Notes under the pieces: model-generated
Seen by the model: only the letters and a program-made list of their open reading frames with translations
Told to the model about the DNA's origin: nothing
Databases searched by the model: none
Part shown: piece after piece, positions 55,229 to 64,000 of the stretch
Position numbering within the stretch: position 1 is the first letter of the stretch
Layout of the letters: every line of letters begins with the position of its first letter
Program-made: the position numbers and the translations under genes
Assembly: GCA_025800395.1 (NCBI GenBank)
Contig: JAOXRU010000126.1
Coordinates: forward strand, 9,717 to 73,716
DNA: 64,000 nt
Reading direction: 5' to 3'
From: Flavobacteriaceae bacterium
GTDB lineage: Bacteria > Bacteroidota > Bacteroidia > Flavobacteriales > Flavobacteriaceae

Positions 55229-55969
55229 ATGCGTTACGTATCTATTTTATTGGTATTTGGGTTGTTTGTTTCTTGTAGGCAATCGCCACAAAAAGCGGTT
55301 GTTACAGAATCAAATCTGCAAGGCAGCGTGTCTGTAGAAAACATAGTGAAACAGGAAGAGAAACATAATGGAGATACCAAAGTGGTGTTAAAAGACATAG
55401 TGGACTTGGAAAAACTAGCAGACACCACTTTTGTTAGACTTGCCGATTATGACGATAGTTTTGAATATGATATGCGTTATGCAACGACCAACAACTTTTT
55501 AAAGGCCAAGGTATATAATTGTGCAGAGTGTTATATCCGTGCAAAAACTGCTAAAGCGCTCATAAAGGCTAATAATGCATTTAAAAAAATGGGGTATAGA
55601 ATTAAGTTTTACGATTGTTATCGTCCAAATAGTGTGCAGTACAAAATGTGGAAACTAGTACCCAATCCTCAATATGTTGCCAATCCGGTAAAAGGCTCTA
55701 TTCACAATAAAGGAGGAGCAGTAGATATTACCCTAATTGATGCTAATGGAAAGGAACTTTCCATGGGAACCGATTTTGATTTCTTCGGTAAAAAAGCACA
55801 TCATGACTTTGTAGATTTGCCCAAAGAAGTGCTAGAAAATAGAAAGCTTTTAAAAGAAACCATGGAGTCTTTTGGCTTCTGGGGTATCCGTACAGAATGG
55901 TGGCATTACAATCTCTCTGCAGCAAGCAATGATAAAGTGGCTAATTTTAATTGGCCATGTAAGGATTAG
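55229..55969 (+). CDS. D-alanyl-D-alanine dipeptidase (VanX/M15D family), lipoprotein
   Basis: Lipobox LFVSCRQS; M15D blocks CYRP, GSIHNKGGAVDITL and EWWHY. Confidence 0.85.
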   Translation: MRYVSILLVFGLFVSCRQSPQKAVVTESNLQGSVSVENIVKQEEKHNGDTKVVLKDIVDLEKLADTTFVRLADYDDSFEYDMRYATTNNFLKAKVYNCAECYIRAKTAKALIKANNAFKKMGYRIKFYDCYRPNSVQYKMWKLVPNPQYVANPVKGSIHNKGGAVDITLIDANGKELSMGTDFDFFGKKAHHDFVDLPKEVLENRKLLKETMESFGFWGIRTEWWHYNLSAASNDKVANFNWPCKD

Positions 55970-56257
55970 ATTTTGTTTTTTGAACCAATACTATGGTATA
56001 TGGTTTTTTTTGCGGTGAAAAATAGATAGCAATGTCGAGCCTTTTAATCTGATCAATTTCTTGTCATGGGGTCAAAGTATATTAAAAATTTGGCAAAGAT
56101 ATATTGGTTTTTTTTATCTGATTCTTTCTCTAGGAAAGGTATAAAAGTGTAAATTTTCTTAAATTTAAAAGGGAAACATAAAGTTTTCAAAAATCAAATT
56201 AGTATTAATACATAAGAATTATTTGTAATATTGTACTGCTAGCTAAATTGTAATGAA

Positions 56258-59074
56258 TTGAAGGGGTTATTTAGATCATATCGATTGTATGTTTTTTTGT
56301 ATTTTGCGCTGTTCAATTCGGTTACTGCCCAAGAATTACCATTGGTAAGTTCTTTTGAGCCAGCTGTATACAATGGGGAGTCTCAGAATTGGGGATTTTC
56401 ACAGGCAAAAGACGGACACCTTTATGTTGCGAACAACAGAGGTTTGCTATCTTATAATGGCGCTACGTGGCATTTGTACGAAACCCCCAATGAAACCATA
56501 ATGCGCTCTGTTAAAGTAGTAAAAGATCGTATTTATACGGGGTTCTATATGGATTTTGGATATTGGACTCGAAAAGAAAATGGGATATTGTATTACACTT
56601 CATTGGTAGACATCAAACAAATAGAAATTGAAGAGGATGAACAGTTTTGGAATATACAGCATGTTCAAGATTGGATTGTTTTTCAAAGTTTAAGTAGAAT
56701 ACATATTATTCACCCAGAAAACAAGACTTACTTTAAAATAGAATCTTCCACTAAAATTCCACAGCTTTTTGCGGTTAATCAACAGTTGTTTTTTCAGCAA
56801 ATGGGAAAAGGATTGTTTCAGATTATAAATGGGAATAAAAAGCTGATTTCTGAAGAAAACTTATTTAAACATCATGAAATTGTTGGCTTGTTTTCTCATG
56901 AGGAAGCCTTATTGGTGGTTACAAAAGATAAAGGTGTTTATTTACTAAATGAGGAGGAGTTAAAACCATGGAATGTTGAAGTGAATATATTATTAAAAGG
57001 AAAAACACTATATAGCAGTTGCCAAACCAAAAACGGGAGTATTGTGTTGGGAACCATATCCAACGGTGCTATATTTTTAAACGCCGATGGAAAACAGCTT
57101 TATAATTTGTCTAGAAAAAATTCTTTGCTCAACAATACCGTTTTATCTATTTATGAAGATGCTAATCAGGTCATATGGTTGGGCTTAGATAATGGAATAA
57201 GCAGGGTTGAAATGGATTCTGCTTTCATGGCTTACACAGATAACAAGGGAGACTTGGGAACCGTTTATGCGGCTATACAATTTAATGGTTTAAAATATCT
57301 GGGTACTAATCAGGGGCTATTTGTACAATCGGAAGTAACTAAAGATGCTTTTGATTTAGTGCCAGGTACGCAAGGACAGGTATGGTCTTTGCATGTGATA
57401 AATGGAGAATTGTTTTGTGGACATGATCTTGGTACTTTTATTATTGACAACAAAAAAATAAAGCAGTATATCGCAATAGCCGGCACATGGAAGCTACTTC
57501 GTATCAATAAAAATAGTCTACTACAGGGTAATTATACTGGACTTTATGTGTTAGAAAGGAAAGAAAGTTTATGGCAAATAAAGCATAAAATTAAAGGTTT
57601 TGAGAATTCTAGTAAATCTTTTGAAATATACAAAGGCAATAAAGTAATTGTGAATCACGAGTATAAAGGAGTTTTTATATTAGAGCTTGATGCCAAATTT
57701 GAAAATGTAAAAAATATCTATGTAGCTAAAAATGTGGAAAAAGGCTTACATTCAGATATTGTTTTATTTGATAGGAGTCTGCTATACGCAAACAAAAAAG
57801 GAGTATTCCGTTATGTGGATTCTTTGGGCGACTTTCAGTTGGATAAACAATTGAGTAAGTTTTATAACAAAAAAAACTATACTTCGGGTAAATTGCAATT
57901 TACCCCTAAAAGTAGGGTTTTATGGAGTTTTTCCAATAAGCATATGGCTTTCACGGAACAAAATAACCTTATTGAAGAATTGCGAATAAAATCCATACCA
58001 ATCTCCAATAAAATAAGAAAAGGAGCGGCTGGTTATGAGAATATTTCGCAATTGGATAATGATAATTACATAATTGGTCGAAAGGATGGTTATCTAGTAT
58101 TTAATAAAAGAAAATGGATTCAGGAAGAAAATCAAGATTTTGCAGTTCGTATAAATAGTGTTTTAACCAATAAATTAAATCAATCTAGTACAGCTAAGAG
58201 CTTAGTTGAAAATGGGCTTTTTCATAGCAAAGAAAATAATGTGTCTTTTTCCTATCATATTCCTCATTTGACAAAAGATCGTTCTGTAGAATATCAATTT
58301 AGACTAATTGGGCATAATGAAAATTGGAGTGATTGGAGCAGTTCGCCTTTTGTTTTGTTTGAAAATTTATCTTACGGGTCCTATACCTTTGAGGTAAAAG
58401 CAAAGCTAGGTAATATAGAGAACAAACAGCTTGCTAGTTATTCCTTTCAAATAAAACATCCATGGTACTTGTCTAATCTGGCAATAATTGTGTATGTGTT
58501 GTTTTTGTTGTTTTTAATTTGGATGGTCAACAAATTGTACACTTCCTATTATAGGAAGCAACGAGAAAACATGTTGCAGGAGCAGGAAAGAGAATTTGCT
58601 CTAACAAATTTGGCCAAAGAAAAGGAACTGATGCAATTAAAAAATGAACAGCTGAAATCTGATGTGCTAATCAAGAATCGGGAATTTGCAACTTCTACAA
58701 TGAATATTGTCAAAAAGAATGAACTATTAAGTGAAATTAAATCCGCATTACTTCAAGGAGGGGCTAAAAATATTAAACAGGTGGTTCGAATTATTGACAA
58801 AAACCTAAATAATGAAGATGACTGGAGGTTGTTTTTGGAAGCATTCAATAATGCGGATAAGGATTTTATAAAGAAACTAAAATTGGCGCATTCCGATCTA
58901 ACCCCAAATGATCTTCGTTTGTGTGCATATTTAAGGTTAAATCTCTCATCAAAAGAAATAGCACCGCTGCTCAATATTTCAACCAAAAGCGTAGAAGTGA
59001 AACGGTATCGATTGCGGAAGAAAATGGAGTTAGATCATAATATAAACTTAACTACTTATATCCTAGAATTGTAA
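56258..59074 (+). CDS. Transmembrane one-component regulator: periplasmic propeller-like sensor + Y_Y_Y domain + TM helix + LuxR-type HTH
   Basis: TTG start with a signal-like N-terminus, a Y_Y_Y-like block (VEYQFRLIGHNENWSDWS), a TM helix (LAIIVYVLFLLFLIWMV) and a C-terminal HTH (LTPNDLRLCAYLRLNLSSKEIAPLLNISTKSVEVKRYRLRKKM). Confidence 0.8.
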   Translation: MKGLFRSYRLYVFLYFALFNSVTAQELPLVSSFEPAVYNGESQNWGFSQAKDGHLYVANNRGLLSYNGATWHLYETPNETIMRSVKVVKDRIYTGFYMDFGYWTRKENGILYYTSLVDIKQIEIEEDEQFWNIQHVQDWIVFQSLSRIHIIHPENKTYFKIESSTKIPQLFAVNQQLFFQQMGKGLFQIINGNKKLISEENLFKHHEIVGLFSHEEALLVVTKDKGVYLLNEEELKPWNVEVNILLKGKTLYSSCQTKNGSIVLGTISNGAIFLNADGKQLYNLSRKNSLLNNTVLSIYEDANQVIWLGLDNGISRVEMDSAFMAYTDNKGDLGTVYAAIQFNGLKYLGTNQGLFVQSEVTKDAFDLVPGTQGQVWSLHVINGELFCGHDLGTFIIDNKKIKQYIAIAGTWKLLRINKNSLLQGNYTGLYVLERKESLWQIKHKIKGFENSSKSFEIYKGNKVIVNHEYKGVFILELDAKFENVKNIYVAKNVEKGLHSDIVLFDRSLLYANKKGVFRYVDSLGDFQLDKQLSKFYNKKNYTSGKLQFTPKSRVLWSFSNKHMAFTEQNNLIEELRIKSIPISNKIRKGAAGYENISQLDNDNYIIGRKDGYLVFNKRKWIQEENQDFAVRINSVLTNKLNQSSTAKSLVENGLFHSKENNVSFSYHIPHLTKDRSVEYQFRLIGHNENWSDWSSSPFVLFENLSYGSYTFEVKAKLGNIENKQLASYSFQIKHPWYLSNLAIIVYVLFLLFLIWMVNKLYTSYYRKQRENMLQEQEREFALTNLAKEKELMQLKNEQLKSDVLIKNREFATSTMNIVKKNELLSEIKSALLQGGAKNIKQVVRIIDKNLNNEDDWRLFLEAFNNADKDFIKKLKLAHSDLTPNDLRLCAYLRLNLSSKEIAPLLNISTKSVEVKRYRLRKKMELDHNINLTTYILEL

Positions 59075-59374
59075 TTTTAAAGTATAGAAATCATTACATT
59101 TTCTTTAATGTATAGCTATTAAAAGTTTACATGTTCGTTTTCTAGTGGATTACAATTTTAATTTTTTAACACTACAAGGGGTTTAAGTACCCATACAATA
59201 CTACTACATATAGATTTTTTGCACATTAGGATTGTGAATTTATAAATAGACCAATGATAGCTATTTAGCCTTGTTTAAGCGGATCGCTTCATGGTGTATA
59301 TTTTTTGTAGTGGGTGTTTTTAGGGATTTACATGTATTTGAAGCTTAATTTTATGGAAAATTAAAACCCGACTT

Positions 59375-62374
59375 ATGAGAATACATATATTGCTTTTTGT
59401 TTTTTTGTTATTTGGAGGGGTTTCTCAAGCACAGAATATAGATGTCAAAGGTACCGTTACCGATGGTACTTACGGTGGCCCTTTAGGAGGGGTAAATATT
59501 CTGATTAAGAACACTACCAAAGGAATACAAACAGATTTTGATGGAAATTTTGTCTTATATGAGGTGCCTAAAGGGGCTATTCTTGTGTTTAGCTATTTAG
59601 GGTATCAGACAAAAGAAGTGGTGGCTAACGAGGCCACATTAAATGTTACAATGACCGAAGATGTTACTGGTCTAGACGAGGTTGTTTTAATAGGATACGG
59701 TAAACAACAGAAGAAAGATGTAACGGGGGCTGTGGCTTTGGTTGGTGAAGAAACCTTGGCAACCTTAAGACCTGTAGACGCAACCACGGCATTGCAAGGA
59801 ACTACAGCTGGAGTAGCGGTAAATGTTGCTTCTGGGGCACCAGGGGCAAATGTAAACATTCTTGTACGTGGTATTAGTTCCAATACCAATAATAACCCAT
59901 TGGTTATTGTAGACGGATACGAAGGAGATCTAAATAGCATTAACCCAAATGATATAGAATCTATTACCGTCTTAAAAGATGCGCAAGCTGCTATTTATGG
60001 TGTTCGCGGTGGAAATGGGGTTGTGCTTGTTACCACCAAGGTGGGTAAAAAAAATATGGCACCAACTGTTTCTTACGATGTGTTTACAGCATTGCAACAA
60101 ACAGCAAGAAAATTAAATTATCTCAACGCTACAGAATATGCGGCAATACTTAATGAGTCCTATGCCGCCAACGGGGAAGATTTGCCATTTTCTAACATAA
60201 GAGATTTGGGAGAAGGTACCGATTGGCAAGATGAATTATTTGCGAACGCTCTAATGCAAAACCATAATTTGTCTGTTAAAGGCGGTGGAGAGAATTTTCA
60301 GTATTTTGTAAGTGGTTCTCGTGTGGAACAAGATGGTATTGTAGCACCAGATTATTCCAATTTTGTTAAAAGTAACGTCAAAGCAAATATTGGTATCGAT
60401 ATTAATGAAAAATTAAAGTTTTCTTTTATTGCGGGCTATACTGCTCTAGAAAACCAAGGATTTGCTAGTACTTTGCTCTTTAACGGATTAAATTACGCAC
60501 CAACTTTTGCCACCAATCAGGATGATTTAGATAATTTCTTGGGTATAGAATTAATTAATCCGCTTACCCAACTCGATAATACATTCGGAGAAACCAAAGG
60601 AAATGTGTTTGAAGGAAACTTTAAACTAGACTATAAGCTTTTAGAGAATCTTAATATTACTTCACGAGTAGGATATAAAATTTTCAATAATAAAGAAAGA
60701 AGTTTTACTCCTATACAGTATCATGGAAGAAGTAAGGTGTATAATAAAACGCAAAGTTCGGTATATCAAAAGAAAGAAACTTCAACTAGAGTGCAATGGG
60801 AGACCTTTGCTACTTACGATAAAACATTTGCAGAAGATCATAATACTACTTTTGTCTTAGGAGCCTCGGTACAGAACGACTTGTTCGATGGTATATACGT
60901 AACAGGTTTTGATGTACCTAATAACGATTATGCATTTGCAGATATTAGTCTTACAGACAGGCAACACCCGCAACGAAGTTTAAATACTGGGTCTGATGAT
61001 CTTCGATTAACATCATTCTTTGGAAGAGCGCAATACGATTATAAAGGCAAATATCTACTTTCTGGTCTTATTCGAAGAGATGCAGTTTCTTCTTTTTCAG
61101 ATGACCTACGAGTAGATTATTTTTGGTCTTTTACTTCTGGTTGGAAAATTTCGGAAGAAGATTTTATGAAAGATTCTGAGGTGATTAGTTTCATGAAGCT
61201 TCGCGCAAGTTACGGTACCTTAGGTAATTTTGTTGGAAATAACCTTCACAAATCGCTCTTAAGTGGGCAGGCAACTTATGTGTTCGATGGAGAATTGGTA
61301 GACGGTAGGGCACAAGGTAGATTGCCAAACCCTTTGGCGCAGTGGGAAACCGCAAAAAAATTAGATATAGGATTAGATGTTAATTTCTTAGATGATCGCT
61401 TACGCTTTGTAACCGACTTTTTTATAGAAACTAGAGAAGATTTGTTAATAGATAACTTCCCCGTTTCTGGTATATTGGGTACGAAATCTCCAGGAGGAAG
61501 AAACCCTACTGTAAATGCTGGTACTTCGGAGAATACGGGAGCAGAGTTGGGAATTAATTATAAGGTTTTCGATACGGAAGATTTAACTATGGACTTAAGT
61601 TATAATGTTACTTATGTGGAAAACGAAGTAACCGAAGTTCTCGGTGGTACTTTTTTAGAAGGAGGAAGTTTCGCAATTGGTAACCTCCCAATTTCTCGTA
61701 TGGAAGTTGGTTTTCCAATAGGTTATTTTTATGGTTTGCAAACCAATGGAATCTTTCAAAATCAGGAAGAAATCGATGCGCATCCTAGTCAAGATGATTT
61801 AGGGGCTGCTACGGCACCAGGAGATTTCCGATATGTAGATACCAATAAGGATGGAAAAATAGATTTTAACGACCGCGTAGAAATTGGAAATCCGCAAGCA
61901 GACTTTTTTATGGGATTACAGGCCTCTGTAAATTACAAGAACTGGGACTTTAGTACCTATCTCTATGCAGAATTAGGTAAAGAAATGGTGCGCAACTTCG
62001 AACGTTTCTTGCCAAATAGCAATAAACCGAATTACTATTTAGGTAGATGGAAAGGAGAAGGAACTTCTAACGAAATTCCTCGTGTTACCACAGCTGCAAC
62101 AAACAACAAATTGTTTTCCGACTTTTATGTAGAAGATGCTTCTTTTCTAAGAATGCAAAATATACAAGTGGGTTATACTTTTCCAACCGATTTAATGCAG
62201 AAAGTGTCTTTAACCAAAGCTAGATTATATGTGGCTGCAAACAATTTGTTTACCCTAACTAAGTACACGGGTTACGATCCTACCATTAATAACGGCGCTA
62301 TAGGAGCTGGTATCGATTCTGGATTTTATCCTTCGGCAAGGCAATTTATACTCGGTTTAAATGTAACATTCTAA
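59375..62374 (+). CDS. SusC/RagA-family TonB-linked outer-membrane transporter
   Basis: Signal peptide, CarboxypepD_reg-like module (IDVKGTVTDG...GVNILIKNT), DEVVLIGYG plug entry, ~1000 aa barrel ending in LGLNVTF. A SusD-like gene follows after 8 nt. Confidence 0.9.
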   Translation: MRIHILLFVFLLFGGVSQAQNIDVKGTVTDGTYGGPLGGVNILIKNTTKGIQTDFDGNFVLYEVPKGAILVFSYLGYQTKEVVANEATLNVTMTEDVTGLDEVVLIGYGKQQKKDVTGAVALVGEETLATLRPVDATTALQGTTAGVAVNVASGAPGANVNILVRGISSNTNNNPLVIVDGYEGDLNSINPNDIESITVLKDAQAAIYGVRGGNGVVLVTTKVGKKNMAPTVSYDVFTALQQTARKLNYLNATEYAAILNESYAANGEDLPFSNIRDLGEGTDWQDELFANALMQNHNLSVKGGGENFQYFVSGSRVEQDGIVAPDYSNFVKSNVKANIGIDINEKLKFSFIAGYTALENQGFASTLLFNGLNYAPTFATNQDDLDNFLGIELINPLTQLDNTFGETKGNVFEGNFKLDYKLLENLNITSRVGYKIFNNKERSFTPIQYHGRSKVYNKTQSSVYQKKETSTRVQWETFATYDKTFAEDHNTTFVLGASVQNDLFDGIYVTGFDVPNNDYAFADISLTDRQHPQRSLNTGSDDLRLTSFFGRAQYDYKGKYLLSGLIRRDAVSSFSDDLRVDYFWSFTSGWKISEEDFMKDSEVISFMKLRASYGTLGNFVGNNLHKSLLSGQATYVFDGELVDGRAQGRLPNPLAQWETAKKLDIGLDVNFLDDRLRFVTDFFIETREDLLIDNFPVSGILGTKSPGGRNPTVNAGTSENTGAELGINYKVFDTEDLTMDLSYNVTYVENEVTEVLGGTFLEGGSFAIGNLPISRMEVGFPIGYFYGLQTNGIFQNQEEIDAHPSQDDLGAATAPGDFRYVDTNKDGKIDFNDRVEIGNPQADFFMGLQASVNYKNWDFSTYLYAELGKEMVRNFERFLPNSNKPNYYLGRWKGEGTSNEIPRVTTAATNNKLFSDFYVEDASFLRMQNIQVGYTFPTDLMQKVSLTKARLYVAANNLFTLTKYTGYDPTINNGAIGAGIDSGFYPSARQFILGLNVTF

Positions 62375-62382
62375 AAACAATA

Positions 62383-63870
62383 ATGATGAAAAAATATACA
62401 AAAATAACAGCTATTTGTACCCTCATTGGGATATGCGTTTTTAGTTTTTTTGCATGTACCGATGAATATATAGACGAGGCAGACTTGTATGCCATAGACT
62501 CAGAAACTTTTTTTAATTCGGAAAAAGATTATTACAACGCTCTAGTTGGGGCTTACGATCCCTTACAGTCTACTTCTATAAATGTGTTAATGGGAGAAAT
62601 TGCTTCCAATAATACACTTTGTGGAGGCGAAAGTGCTACAGATGTTCCAGGATATCAACAAGTAGACGATATGATTCATACACCTGTAAATGCCCAATTA
62701 AAAAATCTATGGAACTGGATGTTTGGCGGGGTTAATAGGGCTGCATATATCATAGAATTTAAAGATAAAACAGATTTTGAAGGGAAAGATATTATTTTAG
62801 GTGAGGCTTATTTTCTTAGAGCGTACTACAATTTCGAATTGGTAAAGTGGTTCGGTGCCATACCTATTAAACCTAGTGGTCGCTTTTCTGTAAACGACGA
62901 AAAAAGTATTCCACGTTCTCCTGTAAATGAAGTGTATAAGCTTATAGAGGAAGATCTTAAAATTGCCATAGCAAGTCTTTCGTATAGTGCACCACAAGTT
63001 GGTAGGGCTACAAAAGGATCTGCACAGGCTTTACTTGGTAAAGTGTATTTGTATCAGGATAAGTTCGAACAATCTGCTGCTGTTTTAGAAGATCTAATTC
63101 AAAACGGACCATTTCAATTAGAATCAGATTATAAAAAGATATTTGAATTTTCTGGCGAGAATGGTGTAGGTTCGGTTTTCGAAGTACAATACACCGATGT
63201 ACAAGGGGCTGGTTTTGGTTGCATACAATGTAGCGAAGGAAATGTAGCTGTAGGTTTTCAGGGAGTTAGAGGTTATGAAGGACCCGATTTTACTTCAGGA
63301 TTTAGTTTCAATGTGCCAGTACAAGAGGTTGTAGACGCTTTTGAAGATGGCGACAATCGCAAGGATGTAGCTATTTTAGATATAGTGGCATGGGCAGCGG
63401 CTACAGGAGCAGAATATACCACAGGATATGAACATACTGGGTATTTTAATAGAAAGTATCTCCCAAGAACAAGATCTGCAAATGCTGCTGGAGATCTCAA
63501 TTTAACCAATCCAAACAATTATCGTGCTATCCGATATGCCGATGTGTTGTTGATGGCTTCCGAAGCTTTTGCGCGAAAAGATGGTCCAGATTTTGGAAAA
63601 TCACAAACCTATCTCAATTTGGTTCGAAGACGGGCTTTTGGAGATACCAACCACGACATAACCGATAGCGGACAAAACTTGGTTCAAGCAATTTGGAAAG
63701 AACGTCGTGTAGAACTCGTAGGTGAAGGGCACCACTTCTTCGATTTGGTGAGAACGGGTAGAGGTACAAATATTCCGGGTTTTGTTCCTAACAAACACGA
63801 AGTATTCCCTATACCATTTGAAGAAATACAATTTTCTCAAGGAAATTGGTCACAAAATCCAGGATACTAA
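62383..63870 (+). CDS. SusD/RagB-family nutrient-binding lipoprotein
   Basis: Lipobox FSFFACTDE, position immediately after the SusC-like gene, size ~495 aa, helical TPR-like composition. Confidence 0.85.
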   Translation: MMKKYTKITAICTLIGICVFSFFACTDEYIDEADLYAIDSETFFNSEKDYYNALVGAYDPLQSTSINVLMGEIASNNTLCGGESATDVPGYQQVDDMIHTPVNAQLKNLWNWMFGGVNRAAYIIEFKDKTDFEGKDIILGEAYFLRAYYNFELVKWFGAIPIKPSGRFSVNDEKSIPRSPVNEVYKLIEEDLKIAIASLSYSAPQVGRATKGSAQALLGKVYLYQDKFEQSAAVLEDLIQNGPFQLESDYKKIFEFSGENGVGSVFEVQYTDVQGAGFGCIQCSEGNVAVGFQGVRGYEGPDFTSGFSFNVPVQEVVDAFEDGDNRKDVAILDIVAWAAATGAEYTTGYEHTGYFNRKYLPRTRSANAAGDLNLTNPNNYRAIRYADVLLMASEAFARKDGPDFGKSQTYLNLVRRRAFGDTNHDITDSGQNLVQAIWKERRVELVGEGHHFFDLVRTGRGTNIPGFVPNKHEVFPIPFEEIQFSQGNWSQNPGY

Positions 63871-63883
63871 AACAAAATAAACA

Positions 63884-64000
63884 ATGAAGAAAATCAAATA
63901 TATATACAGTCTAATTCTCTTTTTTGCAGTATTGATGGCCTGTGAAAAAGATGCGGATCTGGATTTTGTCCAAAACATACCAGAGCCAAGCAATGTAACA
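63884..64000 (+). CDS. Lipoprotein of the polysaccharide utilisation locus, 5' part only (runs off the window)
   Basis: Hand translation MKKIKYIYSLILFFAVLMACEKDADLDFVQNIPEPSNVT, with a lipobox (LMAC). Open to the window end. Not in the ORF track. Confidence 0.5.
   Translation, partial: MKKIKYIYSLILFFAVLMACEKDADLDFVQNIPEPSNVT

Noticed and set aside
1-64000. Whole-window scan for CRISPR arrays, rRNA, prophage/integrase genes, toxin-antitoxin pairs, restriction-modification or other known defence modules
   Set aside because: I saw no regularly spaced direct repeats, no nuclease/methylase/helicase defence-like gene combinations, and no phage structural genes. The only mobile-element trace is the truncated transposase.

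Overview
This 64 kb window reads as a chromosomal, mostly core-genome segment of a low-GC Bacteroidota bacterium, probably Flavobacteriia-like. Supporting signs are a SusC/SusD pair, a TonB-dependent receptor, TAnnTTTG-type -7 promoter boxes 17-26 nt upstream of start codons, and no obvious Shine-Dalgarno sites. I support about 46 protein genes. Housekeeping genes include uvrA, recQ, gyrA, clpC, the thrABC operon, gcvT, nth, bcp, nnr, ptrB, a thiolase and an ECF sigma factor. There is a DUF4834-YfhO-GT4-flippase envelope operon, a TonB receptor/lipoprotein/second-barrel module, and the start of a polysaccharide utilisation locus (PUL): Y_Y_Y/LuxR regulator, SusC, SusD. A tRNA cluster encodes Ser-GCU, Pro-UGG and Arg-UCU. 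There is one truncated IS4-type transposase remnant and several clear intrinsic terminators. I see no CRISPR array, rRNA, prophage, integrase, toxin-antitoxin pair or recognisable defence system, and I cannot point to a clearly novel multi-gene system. The items most worth follow-up are: (1) three tandem diverged paralogs of a small uncharacterised protein next to clpC; (2) a secreted protein with a ~150 aa extremely Arg/Ser/Asn/Thr-rich cationic tail, preceded by a sigma54-like -24/-12 box, with a second orphan sigma54-like box plus terminator nearby; (3) an adjacent CBS-like PLP enzyme and serine-palmitoyltransferase-like enzyme that may be the capnine sulfonolipid capA/capB pair, next to an OMP-GNAT operon; (4) an uncharacterised TBDR-lipoprotein-barrel module; (5) a cysteine-free endonuclease III and an NlpC/P60 homolog lacking the catalytic Cys. 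All functional calls come from reading motifs in the translations. No database search was run.
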